DNA of 64,000 nucleotides from Batkoa obscura (Eukaryota): NCBI GenBank assembly GCA_030770535.1, contig JASVEC010000002.1, positions 1,302,001 to 1,366,000 of the forward strand, read 5' to 3'. Shown piece by piece: positions 13,115 to 26,132 of this stretch (position 1 is its first letter; each line of letters starts with the position of its first letter). The notes under the pieces were generated by a model. It saw only the letters and a program-made list of their open reading frames with translations, ran no database searches and was not told where the DNA came from. The position numbers and the translations under genes were made by a program.

Positions 13115-13813
13115 TTAATAACCAGTAAAAAGGTCACCAGCATTAAAGTTAGAACCTGCACCAATAATAGCTTGTCCTGAAGAGCTACCATAGTTGTTTG
13201 CAGCACCAGCGGATAAACCTCCACCAGCAACTACAGCAACATTAGAGCCTGAACTAGCACCTGAATAATCACCAGCACTAGCACCAAAGTTAGCTGCATT
13301 TCCAGTTACACCTGAAGCACCTGAAGCAGAAAGTTGTCCAGATGCAAAGTTAGAACCTGCACCAAACCCAGCTGTACCTGAACTTACACCTGAGTTAGAG
13401 CTTGATCCATAAGACATTCCAGGACTATTAGAATTAGCTGTATTACTTCCTGCATTAAAGGTAGATCCTACAGCAACATAAGGGGTGTTATAATCATTAG
13501 CTCCTGTACCACCATTAATAGAGTTTGAACCAGTTGAACCAGCAGCTCCTCCAGAATTTATAACACCACTATTGACATTAGTACTAGAACCAAAGCTGGT
13601 GTTTGGACCTATACCTTGACCAGCGGATGTACCATATACATTAGAAGATCCACTACCATTTGAAGTTGCACTAAGCGAATTACCAACGGCTATTTGACCA
13701 CCATTAGTGGAACCTAATATTGCACCACTTCCACTAGCAGTAGTAATTGAATTATCTGGAACTGGGATTGAAGAAACAGAAGCTAAGAGAACAGCAAGGA
13801 TAAATTTGTACAT
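13115..13813 (-). CDS. Secreted Gly/Ser/Ala/Asn-rich protein, copy 1
   Basis: 232 aa, signal peptide MYKFILAVLLASVSS, no Cys; identical to 15555-16253. Confidence 0.85.
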   Translation of the reverse strand: MYKFILAVLLASVSSIPVPDNSITTASGSGAILGSTNGGQIAVGNSLSATSNGSGSSNVYGTSAGQGIGPNTSFGSSTNVNSGVINSGGAAGSTGSNSINGGTGANDYNTPYVAVGSTFNAGSNTANSNSPGMSYGSSSNSGVSSGTAGFGAGSNFASGQLSASGASGVTGNAANFGASAGDYSGASSGSNVAVVAGGGLSAGAANNYGSSSGQAIIGAGSNFNAGDLFTGY

Positions 13814-15320
13814 TATTGTTTTATTAGGTGAATTAAGGATTATTATTATATTAGTTAGCTTTTTATTAGTGCTTTGTGGTAAGTTAAATGGTAGATTTTC
13901 AAACGTTTATATATGTTTTTTTGGCCATATGGTTTTTTATATAGAAGGTTTGTTTTAGTTAATTTATTGTCGATATTACTTCCCCATCTCATTGAGAATC
14001 TATCCCTAAACTATTTGTTTATATTTTAAATATTTCAATATCTTGATATACTTTTTTTGTCCTTTATTTTATTTTACTCCATCAATTTCAAAACCTAATA
14101 TTTTAAAGTTAACTTAAAAAAGGTTTTGATTTATGGCGCAAATTAAAATATTGGGCTTCTATTAAATTTAAAAGGAGGCAATTTTTATTAAATGAAATAA
14201 AATCGGCGCCATTTATTTTAAAATATACCTTTAATCCTATATCAATTAATTATAGGTTTTAGTTATTTAAGTTAAATTGCTATTGTTCAATATTTAGAAG
14301 TTTTAAATAAGTGAAGGCACAAAATGAGTTGAATATTCTTTTTTCGAATATTAGAGTATTTGATTTATATTTATATTTTTAAACTAGAAAAATATATTAC
14401 AATTAGCTCATAATCTATTTGAACTAATAACTATATTTAAACTAGAGATTGCATAACTTTAGTTAGTATAAAATTAATCTTCTAGTTTGATAAAGTAATT
14501 TTACATATTATTGTTAGCTACTAAAAATAGCTAAAATTTTTCAAAAGAATATATATAAAAATAATTCCAGTGTTTCCCCAGTTGACCTAGACTAAATGTT
14601 ACTTAACTTTCCCTTTTTTTACCCTTGCTCTAAACCTTTATTATAACTACCAGGCTCTAGATTATCTCTGTACTTAATCAATATTATCGGGTAACAATTA
14701 AATTGTCTCATTTATTGCTTTTTCTACTTTTCCATAGATGAGTCCTTTAAAAAAATGAACTTTCAAGGTATCAAATATAACCTCTCAAATCTAAGGGTTG
14801 TAAAATCGTGTTAAGTTACTTTCTACCAATCGTCTAGTCCCGCTTACTTATGAACTCTCTCTTTTTAACTTTGAATTCTTTTCAATTAAATTGATTTAAA
14901 ATATTTTTATCTTGAACAGTAAAACATTTAGAGGCTCTACTTCTTCAGGATCAAAAAAAGTAGAAAAACATAGAGCATTTTGACTTGCACTATAATGGCA
15001 ATATTTCTATATACTTTAATATTATACAACCTTAAGTTTTTAATGATCAAATAACAGTATGCAATAGAAATACGCTCTAAATATTTATATTTAAAATTGA
15101 TTAATAATTGAAAAACTCAAATTTTAATTGTTTTTGTTAAAGATTTTTTAATTTTTTAATTTTTGCAATATTGGTATATATTTTTAAAAACTCTACATAA
15201 TACGATTTAAATATAGTTATCATCGAATTGTTATAGATGATTTTTATAGATGATTTGTATAGATTTTTAAATATTTCGAATGCCAAAATAATTAATTGTA
15301 AAAAACCTGAATAACTATAT

Positions 15321-15413
15321 GGGGATATTTTTTCATTTAAGAATTTTGCTGATAATCTTTCCACTTAAATAGTGCTTAAAAATGGAAAAAGTAATGAAGA
15401 CAAAAACATCCTC
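15321..15413 (+). mobile_element. MITE family A copy
   Basis: ATAT|GGGGAT...CATCCTC|ATAT. Confidence 0.85.
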
Positions 15414-15554
15414 ATATCTTTTTCTATAAAACTATTAAATAGATAATGAATTAATCAAAGTTAATACTATTTTTAGGCACATAAAAGATATTGATCAAAG
15501 TGATAAAAATATCAAAATAAGAGTTTAAAATATATAACAAATCATAATAATTTT

Positions 15555-16253
15555 TTAATAACCAGTAAAAAGGTCACCAGCATTAAAGTTAGAACCTGCA
15601 CCAATAATAGCTTGTCCTGAAGAGCTACCATAGTTGTTTGCAGCACCAGCGGATAAACCTCCACCAGCAACTACAGCAACATTAGAGCCTGAACTAGCAC
15701 CTGAATAATCACCAGCACTAGCACCAAAGTTAGCTGCATTTCCAGTTACACCTGAAGCACCTGAAGCAGAAAGTTGTCCAGATGCAAAGTTAGAACCTGC
15801 ACCAAACCCAGCTGTACCTGAACTTACACCTGAGTTAGAGCTTGATCCATAAGACATTCCAGGACTATTAGAATTAGCTGTATTACTTCCTGCATTAAAG
15901 GTAGATCCTACAGCAACATAAGGGGTGTTATAATCATTAGCTCCTGTACCACCATTAATAGAGTTTGAACCAGTTGAACCAGCAGCTCCTCCAGAATTTA
16001 TAACACCACTATTGACATTAGTACTAGAACCAAAGCTGGTGTTTGGACCTATACCTTGACCAGCGGATGTACCATATACATTAGAAGATCCACTACCATT
16101 TGAAGTTGCACTAAGCGAATTACCAACGGCTATTTGACCACCATTAGTGGAACCTAATATTGCACCACTTCCACTAGCAGTAGTAATTGAATTATCTGGA
16201 ACTGGGATTGAAGAAACAGAAGCTAAGAGAACAGCAAGGATAAATTTGTACAT
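15555..16253 (-). CDS. Secreted Gly/Ser/Ala/Asn-rich protein, copy 2
   Basis: Identical translation to 13115-13813 at an offset of 2440 bp. Confidence 0.85.
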   Translation of the reverse strand: MYKFILAVLLASVSSIPVPDNSITTASGSGAILGSTNGGQIAVGNSLSATSNGSGSSNVYGTSAGQGIGPNTSFGSSTNVNSGVINSGGAAGSTGSNSINGGTGANDYNTPYVAVGSTFNAGSNTANSNSPGMSYGSSSNSGVSSGTAGFGAGSNFASGQLSASGASGVTGNAANFGASAGDYSGASSGSNVAVVAGGGLSAGAANNYGSSSGQAIIGAGSNFNAGDLFTGY

Positions 16254-17218
16254 TATTGTTTTATTAGGTGAATTAAGGATTATTATTATATTAGTTAGCT
16301 TTTTATTAGTGCTTTGTGGTAAGTTAAATGGTAGATTTTCAAACGTTTATATATGTTTTTTGATCCGTATGGGGATTAGTGTAGAGGTTTTATTTAAAAA
16401 AGTTAATATATTATAGGTAGTAGCTCTCCATCTTGTTAATATTAAATCCTTAAACTACTTAGTTGTATTTTTAATATTTTTAATGGCTTTATTACCTTGA
16501 CATACTATTTTTATATTTTACTCCAATACTTTTAAAACCTATTTTTAAAGTTAGCCAAAAAAGTAGTAAATTTTATGGCGCAAATTGAAATATCAAGCTT
16601 TTGTGAATTGATGAGGGGTGTTTTTAAAATAAGTAAAAAGGACACCATTTTTTTATTCTGATTTTTTAACCAAATATACAATTGCTATAACTTTATTACG
16701 ACGAATAATTTTAAATAAAATTTTGCTAAAATCACGTAACATTTAGTAGCTAAGCATTAAAAAACCAGACAAGCAAACAAATGGTTTTAAAAATTATAAA
16801 TCTGATCACAATATAATTACAGCAGCTGTATGAGATTATTTCAAAATGATATCCCTTTTGGGCAATTTTTTTTAGCAAATATATAGAATTGCTACAGTTA
16901 AATTTTTATATGTAAAGTATGTTATTTAAAGATGAAAGATATTTTCTGTTGCAAACAATAGCCTTTTCATTATTTTGCGCAAAAAAAGGAGATTATTTAA
17001 AAATACCATCATAAAAAAAATTAATTATTCAAAAAACTAGTATTGATAGTTTTTGATTATATACCATTTATAGCGGATTATAACATATGAGTATCATTTT
17101 ATATTAAAAACACTAACCGCTTATTATACATTTCTAATAAAGGCATGTGTTTTATTAACTTCATATCAACTATACTGATAAAAGGAATTTTAGGGTGTTA
17201 ATGTAGGCTTGGTAATAT

Positions 17219-17314
17219 GAGGATGTATTTTTATTTGAGAATTTTACTAACAATCTTTTCATTCAATAGTGTTTAAAAAAATGGAAAAGTAATGAAATCA
17301 AAAGAAACATCCCT
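17219..17314 (+). mobile_element. MITE family A copy
   Basis: ATAT|GAGGATG...CATCCCT; interior matches the family. Confidence 0.75.
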
Positions 17315-17696
17315 GTATGTTTAATGAATATTTTTTGTTTTCAACTTTAAAATAGTAATCATAGGATTGAACAAAATGTTTTTGTTCTCAGTTTTATCTT
17401 AAATTCATATTACTATGAGTAATATTTTTTAAAATTTAAGTTATTATTATAAATATAATGATGATATACGTCAAACTATTCAAAAATCTAGTATGTATAC
17501 TTATGTAGTACTTATTTGTATTAGCATAAAAAACAAAGCATAATTGTGTTTATAATAAAACAATGATAATGCATATTGAATATGAAGATAGATTGTTTAT
17601 TTCGATAAAAAGAAGTAGAACCATTAATACAATATTAAATTAGATAATATCGCTTATAATAATATCAAAATAAACAAAAATGCAATACCACATAGT

Positions 17697-17906
17697 TTAG
17701 CAATCGGCACCACAGCAGCATCTACCCCAATCACAATCTCCATTGAGACCCCATCTAGTACTTCTTTCATTGAATCCACAAGCATTTAAACAATCTTGGT
17801 CAATAAGACATTGTCCAGTTTTGGAAGTACATCTTCTACAAATATCCGAACCAGTTACATAGAGAATGAAAAAGAGAACTAATAATAATTTGAAATTGTT
17901 AAGCAT
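17697..17906 (-). CDS. Secreted 10-Cys defensin-like peptide, type A
   Basis: Signal peptide followed by DICRRC-x6-C-x5-C-x3-C-x14-C-x4-CCC-x3-C, with a GDC gamma-core. Confidence 0.88.
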   Translation of the reverse strand: MLNNFKLLLVLFFILYVTGSDICRRCTSKTGQCLIDQDCLNACGFNERSTRWGLNGDCDWGRCCCGADC

Positions 17907-19105
17907 TTTGAGTATTCTAAAGGAAAAGATATTAATATTTTATAGTTTAAATCTTATAACTATGTTTACCTTCTAAAGCAATAAAATAAGTGTTTATAAA
18001 TATTCCTGATACTTTCATCCACTATTTATACTATTTTTTACCAAAGACAAGCAATAATGACATTTTTAACGTTGGAAGTAACCCGTAGTATCATGTTGGA
18101 GTGTATTTTTTTACTTACCTCAAGTAAACTTCAATTGTAATATCAATAACCTTTATAGGAATAGGATGTTAAAGTTTTTACGAGAAAACAAATTTCAACA
18201 CCAATTATTATTTAATTATGATAAAAATAAAATAATAACTAGTTGTGTGTTGTGAATAGTTAACTCATTATATATTTTTATTTACTTTCTGCACTTGGTT
18301 TTATTTTATTTTGACATATTCATAACGTCAATTGGTAGGACACATTTGAAGATATGACCCAATTTAGCTAATTATATCACGGGTAATTAATTAAAAATAA
18401 TCATAAGTTAGCTTGAAATTTAATTAAAAATTCAGTTAAAGTGATGTATTTAATTATGCAAGAGTTAACCTCAATTATTGATTGTTACGAAATTAAACAA
18501 ATTATTCTAACAAATATTAGAAAGAGGAATTGATAATTTTTTTAGTCACATACTGATCATATGGAGTACAATAACCGTGATTTTATTTAATATTAAATTG
18601 GTTAACTATTTTACGATAAGCATCACCAGCTAAAAAATAGTTAACAAGCTATTTCTAGAGTATAATCATTATAAAAATCTCACAAATGTCAATATTACAT
18701 AGGATTGTGTGTAAAAAGTATTTTTTAGGTTGAACATTAATTGGTTAAAATTCCATATTAATATAAGCACTTTGATTTTCAACTCTATATCTAAAGCAGT
18801 AACTTTTACAAAGGACAACTTAAATCAAAGTTGTGACATTAATAATGTTGACTATCGTCAATTAATAACAGAGGAACTATTCGAAGTCATTCTGCTCTGA
18901 CTTGTAGCTATGTTTTACCTGTATTAGTATAAAAAACAGAGCATATCTCAATCTTAATCAAATAAGGATAGTGATTATTAAATATAAGGATAAATTGTTT
19001 ATTTCGATAAATAGGGGTAATTTGCTAACTTAGTATTAAAACAATATAGTATCATTTTTAATAGTAAACAATAATATCAGAATAGAAAACGCAGGATTAT
19101 GTAGT

Positions 19106-19321
19106 TTAGCAATCGGCACCGCAGCAACAGCTACCCCAATCACAATCTCCATTGATACCCCATTTTGGACTTCTAGGGAAGTTAGAGCAAGCATTTCCAC
19201 ATTCGTGATCAGCAACACAAGTTCTGCCTACAGCACCTTTTTTATTACATCTTCTACAGATATCAGAGGTCACAAAAAAGACGAAAAAGAGAACTAATAA
19301 TAATTTGAAATTGGTAAACAT
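19106..19321 (-). CDS. Secreted 10-Cys defensin-like peptide, type B
   Basis: Signal peptide followed by DICRRCNKKGAVGRTCVADHECGNACSNFPRSPKWGINGDCDWGSCCCGADC. Confidence 0.88.
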   Translation of the reverse strand: MFTNFKLLLVLFFVFFVTSDICRRCNKKGAVGRTCVADHECGNACSNFPRSPKWGINGDCDWGSCCCGADC

Positions 19322-20689
19322 TTTAAATATTCTAAAATAAAAGAACTATTGAGACTTATTATTTTATATTTCATAAATGATTACATCTTCTACAATGATA
19401 AGATCAACTGTCAATAACTATTATCACTACTTTAATACTCTGTTCATACTGCTTTTCACACAAAGTTGATTAGGTTGACATTTTTAAACCCGAAATTGAA
19501 CGTAAAGCCATAATGATAACAGTTTTATTGCTATTCTAATGAAGTCAGTTTATATTATAATTAATAATTTTGAAATTAAAGAAGTAATAAAATGATTTAA
19601 TAATTGAATTTCGACATCTATTATTATATAACTATGATAATAAATAATAGCAATAATAAATAGTAGTAAACTGTAGAATTATGAGTTAACTATTTGGTTT
19701 TTATAGATTTAACATATTTGATTAATTTAAACCATTTTAATAATTTCATAATATCAATTAATGAAACATTTTGAAATATTCTAATTTAGCTAATTATAGC
19801 TACAATTTGATAAAAAAATATAAATGATTAAAATAATTTCTGACTAAAAAATAATATCATCAAATTTGATATTTATGTGTTTTAATAAAAATGCAAGCAC
19901 GATATTAACAAACAATTAAAAGGACATTTGTTTGTTTACTTAGTTACACAGTTATGATGAGTTCTAATAAAAGGAACATTAACTTAAAATTTGTTTTTTT
20001 TATAGTCTTAATAAATACAGTATGATTATAAACGAAATTTGTGGATGCTTTTTAGTTATTACTCTTTTTACTATTTTCTGAAAATTTTAAATAAAACTAA
20101 TACAACTGTTTAAGTTCAAATGTGTGCTGGGGGAAATGAATTTTATGATTATTACCCAATCATTCTAATTTGAGGCGTATTTTTAATTCTTGTTTAAAAC
20201 AGTTAGTTAGCATATATCCGAGCTTGGATAGCATACTCATTGAATCTCTAAATTCTAGAAAAATACCAAAAAAGAGGACAATTGATAAAAAGCACCATTT
20301 GTTCAGCATGAAATTTGATATAATACTGCTATCAATAATATTTCTTTATTAACATTTGGTAAATATCAATAGTATAATATACTTAACTAAATTTCAATTG
20401 ATTAAAGTAATCATTTATAAATAAATATTTCAATTCTCAACTATGTACTATAAATGATATGGTTTATAAAGCCATTAGCATAAATCAAATTTATATATTA
20501 ATATTAGTGTTATCTTTTAAATATTGTTAAAATTACAAAGTCTATTAAGAAATCTGATACATTCATCGTTTCTGATTTACTTATCTATAATGATACAGAA
20601 TAAACAAACCAAATTTATAACTATATTTAAATAATGGTGAAACACTTAAAGATGAACTATTTATACTTTTTGTTCAAAAATAAACATAT

Positions 20690-20787
20690 GGGAGTGTTTT
20701 TTTGGTTTCGTCACTTTTTTCTTTTTTTGAGCACTATTTGAGTGGAAAGGCTATCAGTAAAATTATTAAACAGAGAAATACATACAC
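20690..20787 (-). mobile_element. MITE family A copy (reverse)
   Basis: ATAT|GGGAGTG...CATACAC|ATAT; reverse complement of the family consensus. Confidence 0.8.
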
Positions 20788-21914
20788 ATATGTTTGAAAA
20801 TTCAGTAAAATAGGTTGGTATATTTATATTAGTGTCAAAATTGACAAATCCATCATCTTATCAGTTTAACAGCCTATCCTATAGTAACACAAGATTAAAC
20901 TGCAATTTCCATTATAGCTCTATTTTGGAATTCCAGACTGACGATTATACTTATTTAGACAATCATTATTAGTAAAATAACATCTAGCTTTAGTCTTATA
21001 TCTTCTGCAAACATCAAAGCTAGCTACAAAGAGAATTAAAAAAAAAACTAAGAATAATTTAGAGCCTTTAAAAGTTTTAATCCTTATAAAGTAAAAAATT
21101 TAATTATAGTATAAATGAATTCTAATAGGGATTTTTACTTTTTGTAATAACAAGAAAAATATTGGAGTTTCCATCTACTTCCAAAGCGTACACATATTAT
21201 CTTCACTAAATAATAAATATTGGAGTTTAACAACTTTAACATCATAAATGAGTATATAACAATGTAGCACTGAAATTATATTTAGTTATTAAAGTAACTC
21301 GAAGTCATAATTAATAGTTTTGAAAGACTAAAGTTGTAAAAATCTCAAAAACAAATTTTGTTACATTTATTATAATCATGATAAGAAGGCTATTGATGAA
21401 TAGATATTTGTTATCTATAGGTAGGTTACCTTATACAATTGTTTATCTATTACATTTTATAAGTTAAAATTCATTTAGACAAATTTATAGTACATCTATT
21501 AATAGTATCTTTTGCTACATAATTCCTTTGATTAATTATAATTTGGACGAATGATAAAAAAAGTAACTAAAAATTGTTTAAGAAAAATATATTCAAGAAA
21601 TTATATTATTAAAAAGTAAATACAAAATTTCTTTTATTCTCTTAATTATATACTTATTATAATTGATTGTAATAGAAGAACTATCTTTTTAAATTTAATG
21701 TCTTTTATTTATTTTTATTACAATACCAATAATCAAACAAAACATATTAATAACTATGTATCAAATATAATAGTTGAAGAAAATCCTACTTATGTCAATA
21801 ACAGAAAGATTTTGCCTTAACAAATATTTTTTATAACTCTTATTTAATTAATCAAGGTTTTAACTATAAATTTACCAGTTATCTTTTCAAACCTTGTTTT
21901 CAAAATAATTACTT

Positions 21915-22005
21915 AGGGATATTTTTTTAGTTTCATCAATTTCTCTATTTTTAAGTGTCATTTAAACAAAAAAATTATTAGTAAAATTCTCAAAAATACA
22001 TCCCC
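21915..22005 (-). mobile_element. MITE family A copy (reverse, degenerate)
   Basis: AGGGATATTTTTT...GTAAAATTCTCAAAAATACATCCCC. Confidence 0.65.
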
Positions 22006-22328
22006 TTATAGTTAGACTTTAGAGCAAAATAGGTGTTTCTAGCACGTGTCAAAAGTTGTCCTAGAATACAATTATCAAAAAAGATTATAATATTTAAAAT
22101 ATGGTTTATGCACATGCTGTTAAAACAGTCACCACTAGTATCAACATAAAAAATCATAGTAGATATATATAATTAAATAATAACAATTAACATTATTATA
22201 ACATGATAAAACCTAAATTCATTTATTTTAATAAAACTGATCTAAAAATTCAGCATGATAACAGATTAGTAACATTTATAGAGATGCTGGAAGTTATTAA
22301 AGTAAACGAGTATATCATATCACTCGGC

Positions 22329-22538
22329 TTAGCAATCGGCACCACAGCAGCATCTACCCCAATCACAATCTCCATTGAGACCCCATCTAGTACTTCTTTC
22401 ATTGAATCCACAAGCATTTAAACAATCTTGGTCAATAAGACATTGTCCAGTTTTGGAAGTACATCTTCTACAAATATCCGAACCAGTTACATAGAGAATG
22501 AAAAAGAGAACTAATAATAATTTGAAATTGTTAAGCAT
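22329..22538 (-). CDS. Secreted 10-Cys defensin-like peptide, type A
   Basis: Identical to 17697-17906, including ~140 bp of upstream sequence. Confidence 0.88.
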   Translation of the reverse strand: MLNNFKLLLVLFFILYVTGSDICRRCTSKTGQCLIDQDCLNACGFNERSTRWGLNGDCDWGRCCCGADC

Positions 22539-23432
22539 TTTGAGTATTCTAAAGGAAAAGATATTAATATTTTATAGTTTAAATCTTATAACTATGTTTA
22601 CCTTCTAAAGCAATAAAATAAGTGTTTATAAATATTCCTGATACTTTCATCCACTATTTATACTATTTTTTACCAAAGATAAATAACATGATGATGATAA
22701 TTTCGATATTTAAGGTTAAGTGGTAGTGTTGACAATCTTGATGTTTAAAGTTAAGCTATGTATTATATATACATTTTATGATTTAATAATTAAATAGATA
22801 CTAACTTTAATTGTATGTCTTACGACAATAGTTATGAATCACATCAATCAAAAAATCTTTAACCTTATTTATTTTATATTTCAATTCCGTTTAAACTGCT
22901 AACTTTCTTTTATTACTATATTCGTTAATTTGCATTTAACTATTAAAAATTTTAAGGAGCCAGTGGCTTCCAAGTGTTTAATTGTTGAAAGAAATTTAAG
23001 ATTAGATTGAATAATAGACAAAGGAAGAAGGGGGGAGAAAGTAAAGTATCTTAGTCAAATTGTAAAATACTCCGAATTTAAGTCCACAACATTATAAATT
23101 TTCATTAATTAAGGTTCAATTGTGTATGCAAAAACAGTGATAAAAATTAAAATTGAGAATTGTAGCAAAGTTAACAAAAATGGTTTTATGATTGGCTAAA
23201 TTCATGATTCCTTATCAACTCTGATGAAGACAATTGTAAGAATTGTTGTGTATAAAAATATCTATACTTTATGATTAAAAATAGAGTTAGTAGTTGTCAT
23301 CAAATAAGCCCCCAATGCATTCACGAATATCACAAGCAACTATTGGATTTATTTCTAGAATATTAAGACGTAAGATAATAAATGCATTAAATAACCGAAT
23401 TAGTAAATGTTAGTTCAAAAAAATATACATAT

Positions 23433-23632
23433 GGGGATGTTTTTTTTGGCTTCATTATTTTTTCCATTTTTTAGGCACTATTTGAGTGGAAAATTTGTTA
23501 GTAAAATTCTTAAATACAAAAATACGTCCCCATATGGAGGTATCTTTTTGGTTTCATCACTTTTTTGATTATTTGAGCATTGCTTCAGTGAAAAGATCAT
23601 TAGTTAGGTTTTCAAACAAAAAGGATACCCCC
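23433..23632 (-). mobile_element. Two tandem MITE family A copies (23433-23531, 23536-23632)
   Basis: ATAT|element|ATAT|element|ATAT. Confidence 0.85.
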
Positions 23633-24126
23633 ATATTGACTTTTTTAAGAATATATAATACGTTAAGAATAGAATTATGTTTAGTGATATGACAAATAAA
23701 CGAAGCTCTACATAGTTTGCTAACCATAATAATAGTTTCTAATAGTACAAGTATTAATAATAGAGTAGACACTATTGATAGATTTAGAATAGTTCGATTG
23801 ACTGCTGATTCTATTAGTAATATCAATAAGGATATTGATAATTTTTATTCACTTATAAATCAGATCCAAATATTAAGCCTTGCATTATATCTACTAATGA
23901 TACAAATATCACCCTTTAAACATTAGAAGATAGGCTTATTAAATATATAAGATACTACAAATGATATGTTACAGAATTAAAATTGACAAAAGTTAAATAA
24001 AATCAAAATTATAGCTTTCAATAAAAAAGATATATTATACAGAAACAAATGTTTAATATCTTTATGAAATAGCTTAAAGATTAATATTGTAGTATAGAAA
24101 ATAAAAAAATATACTATCTTGTAAGC

Positions 24127-24342
24127 TTAACAATCGGCACCGCAGCAACAGCTACCCCAATCACAATCTCCATTGATACCCCATTTTGGACTTCTAGGGA
24201 AGTTAGAGCAAGCATTTCCACATTCGTGATCAGCAACACAAGTTCTGCCTACAGCACCTTTTTTATTACATCTTCTACAGATATCAGAGGTCACAAAAAA
24301 GACGAAAAAGAGAACTAATAATAACTTGAAATTGGTAAACAT
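24127..24342 (-). CDS. Secreted 10-Cys defensin-like peptide, type B
   Basis: Same 71-aa translation as 19106-19321. Confidence 0.88.
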   Translation of the reverse strand: MFTNFKLLLVLFFVFFVTSDICRRCNKKGAVGRTCVADHECGNACSNFPRSPKWGINGDCDWGSCCCGADC

Positions 24343-25397
24343 TTTAAATATTCTAAAGGAAATAGTTATTAATATTTAACACTAAATCATAAAACTAAAT
24401 GATTACCTTATACAATAATACAATTGGATTTAATGAGTTTGATATCTACTTCTATACATTATTTATATTATTTTTTCAGGGATAGACGATCAACTTTGAC
24501 AGTTTTAACGTTTAAAGCTGGGGAAACGCGTTATAATTAATTGAGTTTTATCACGCTAGATTAGACCAACTAAAATTGTAATTAATATAGTTGCGAAACA
24601 ATTTTAGGAATATCACAATGGAGATTTAAAGCTGACTATTTGGTATTATATAATTATCTCAACGAATACTATCAAATATTTTACATTCTAATATGGCTTA
24701 TATTTTTTAATTTTTTAATTTTTTAATTTAAGCAACCAAATTTGTCAATATCTCACATTATCTATAACTGTGACTTAATTTTGATAAGTCGATCTTCAAC
24801 TTTAAAATTCATTAATATAACATTTCTTGACAACTCTGAAGCAAAAAATAAGCTTTGCCTTAAAGATCCTCTAATAATGTTACTACTCTCATTTTTATTT
24901 ATTCCTAGTTTAACTTAAGTTTGAAGAATTAATTGTCAAATTGAAGATTGACTTATCAAAATTAAGTCACAGTTATAGATAATGTGAGATATTGACAAAT
25001 TTGGTTGCTTAAATTAAAAAATCAAAAAATTAAAAAATATAAGCCATATTAGAATGTAAAATATTTGATAGTATTCGTTGAGATAATTATATAATACCAA
25101 ATAGTCAGCTTTAAATCTCCATTGTGATATTCCTAAAATTGTTTCGCAACTATATTAATTACAATTTTAGTTGGTCTAATCTAGCGTGATAAAACTCAAT
25201 TAATTATAACGCGTTTCCCCAGCTTTAAACGTTAAAACTGTCAAAGTTGATCGTCTATCCCTGAAAAAATAATATAAATAATGTATAGAAGTAGATATCA
25301 AACTCATTAAATCCAATTGTATTATTGTATAAGGTAATCATTTAGTTTTATGATTTAGTGTTAAATATTAATAACTATTTCCTTTAGAATATTTAAA

Positions 25398-25613
25398 ATG
25401 TTTACCAATTTCAAGTTATTATTAGTTCTCTTTTTCGTCTTTTTTGTAACCTCTGATATCTGTAGAAGATGTAATAAAAAAGGTGCTGTAGGCAGAACTT
25501 GTGTTGCTGATCACGAATGTGGAAATGCTTGCTCTAACTTCCCTAGAAGTCCAAAATGGGGTATCAATGGAGATTGCGATTGGGGTAGCTGTTGCTGCGG
25601 TGCCGATTGCTAA
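25398..25613 (+). CDS. Secreted 10-Cys defensin-like peptide, type B
   Basis: Same 71-aa translation; preceded by a putative 5'-UTR intron at 25334-25387. Confidence 0.88.
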   Translation: MFTNFKLLLVLFFVFFVTSDICRRCNKKGAVGRTCVADHECGNACSNFPRSPKWGINGDCDWGSCCCGADC

Positions 25614-26132
25614 ACGTAGAAGATAATATATTTTTTTATTTTACTATCTCAAAGTATCATAATAAATAACTCCAAACTAATTTAATATCAGGTTATTAAA
25701 CTAATTTTATAAAAAACAAGTTTGATTTTTGCTTTTTTATAGCAATGCCATCCTTTTAATTTATATTTGAATTTACTTTTGTAACATCAATGATAATAAC
25801 AGTTCATATTATTCAATGAAAAAAAGTCAAGTTTAACAATCATTATATTACTGATATTATGCTTGTTTTTAAAATTCTAAAGGAGTTAAGATTGGGGTCC
25901 AAGCTTTAAATTATAATTTTGATCAATTGAAATAGAAGATCATAAAGAAAATTGTTAAACATAGAATTCCATTAATTAATAAAAATAATGCCGTCTACTT
26001 AGAAATATAATCTCATAATAAAAATAATCAACTTTGACATTAAAAGATAGTTATTCTGCTGTACTCTAACAGAATATGCGTATGGCTAGGAAATAATAGA
26101 CACTTATTTTTAATGTCTATTAGAATACTTTA

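Larger units (their letters stand above)
24127..25613. repeat. Long inverted repeat: arms 24127-24799 and 24941-25613, 141-bp spacer
   Basis: The arms are near-perfect reverse complements, each carrying one peptide gene plus ~457 bp of upstream sequence. Confidence 0.92.
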
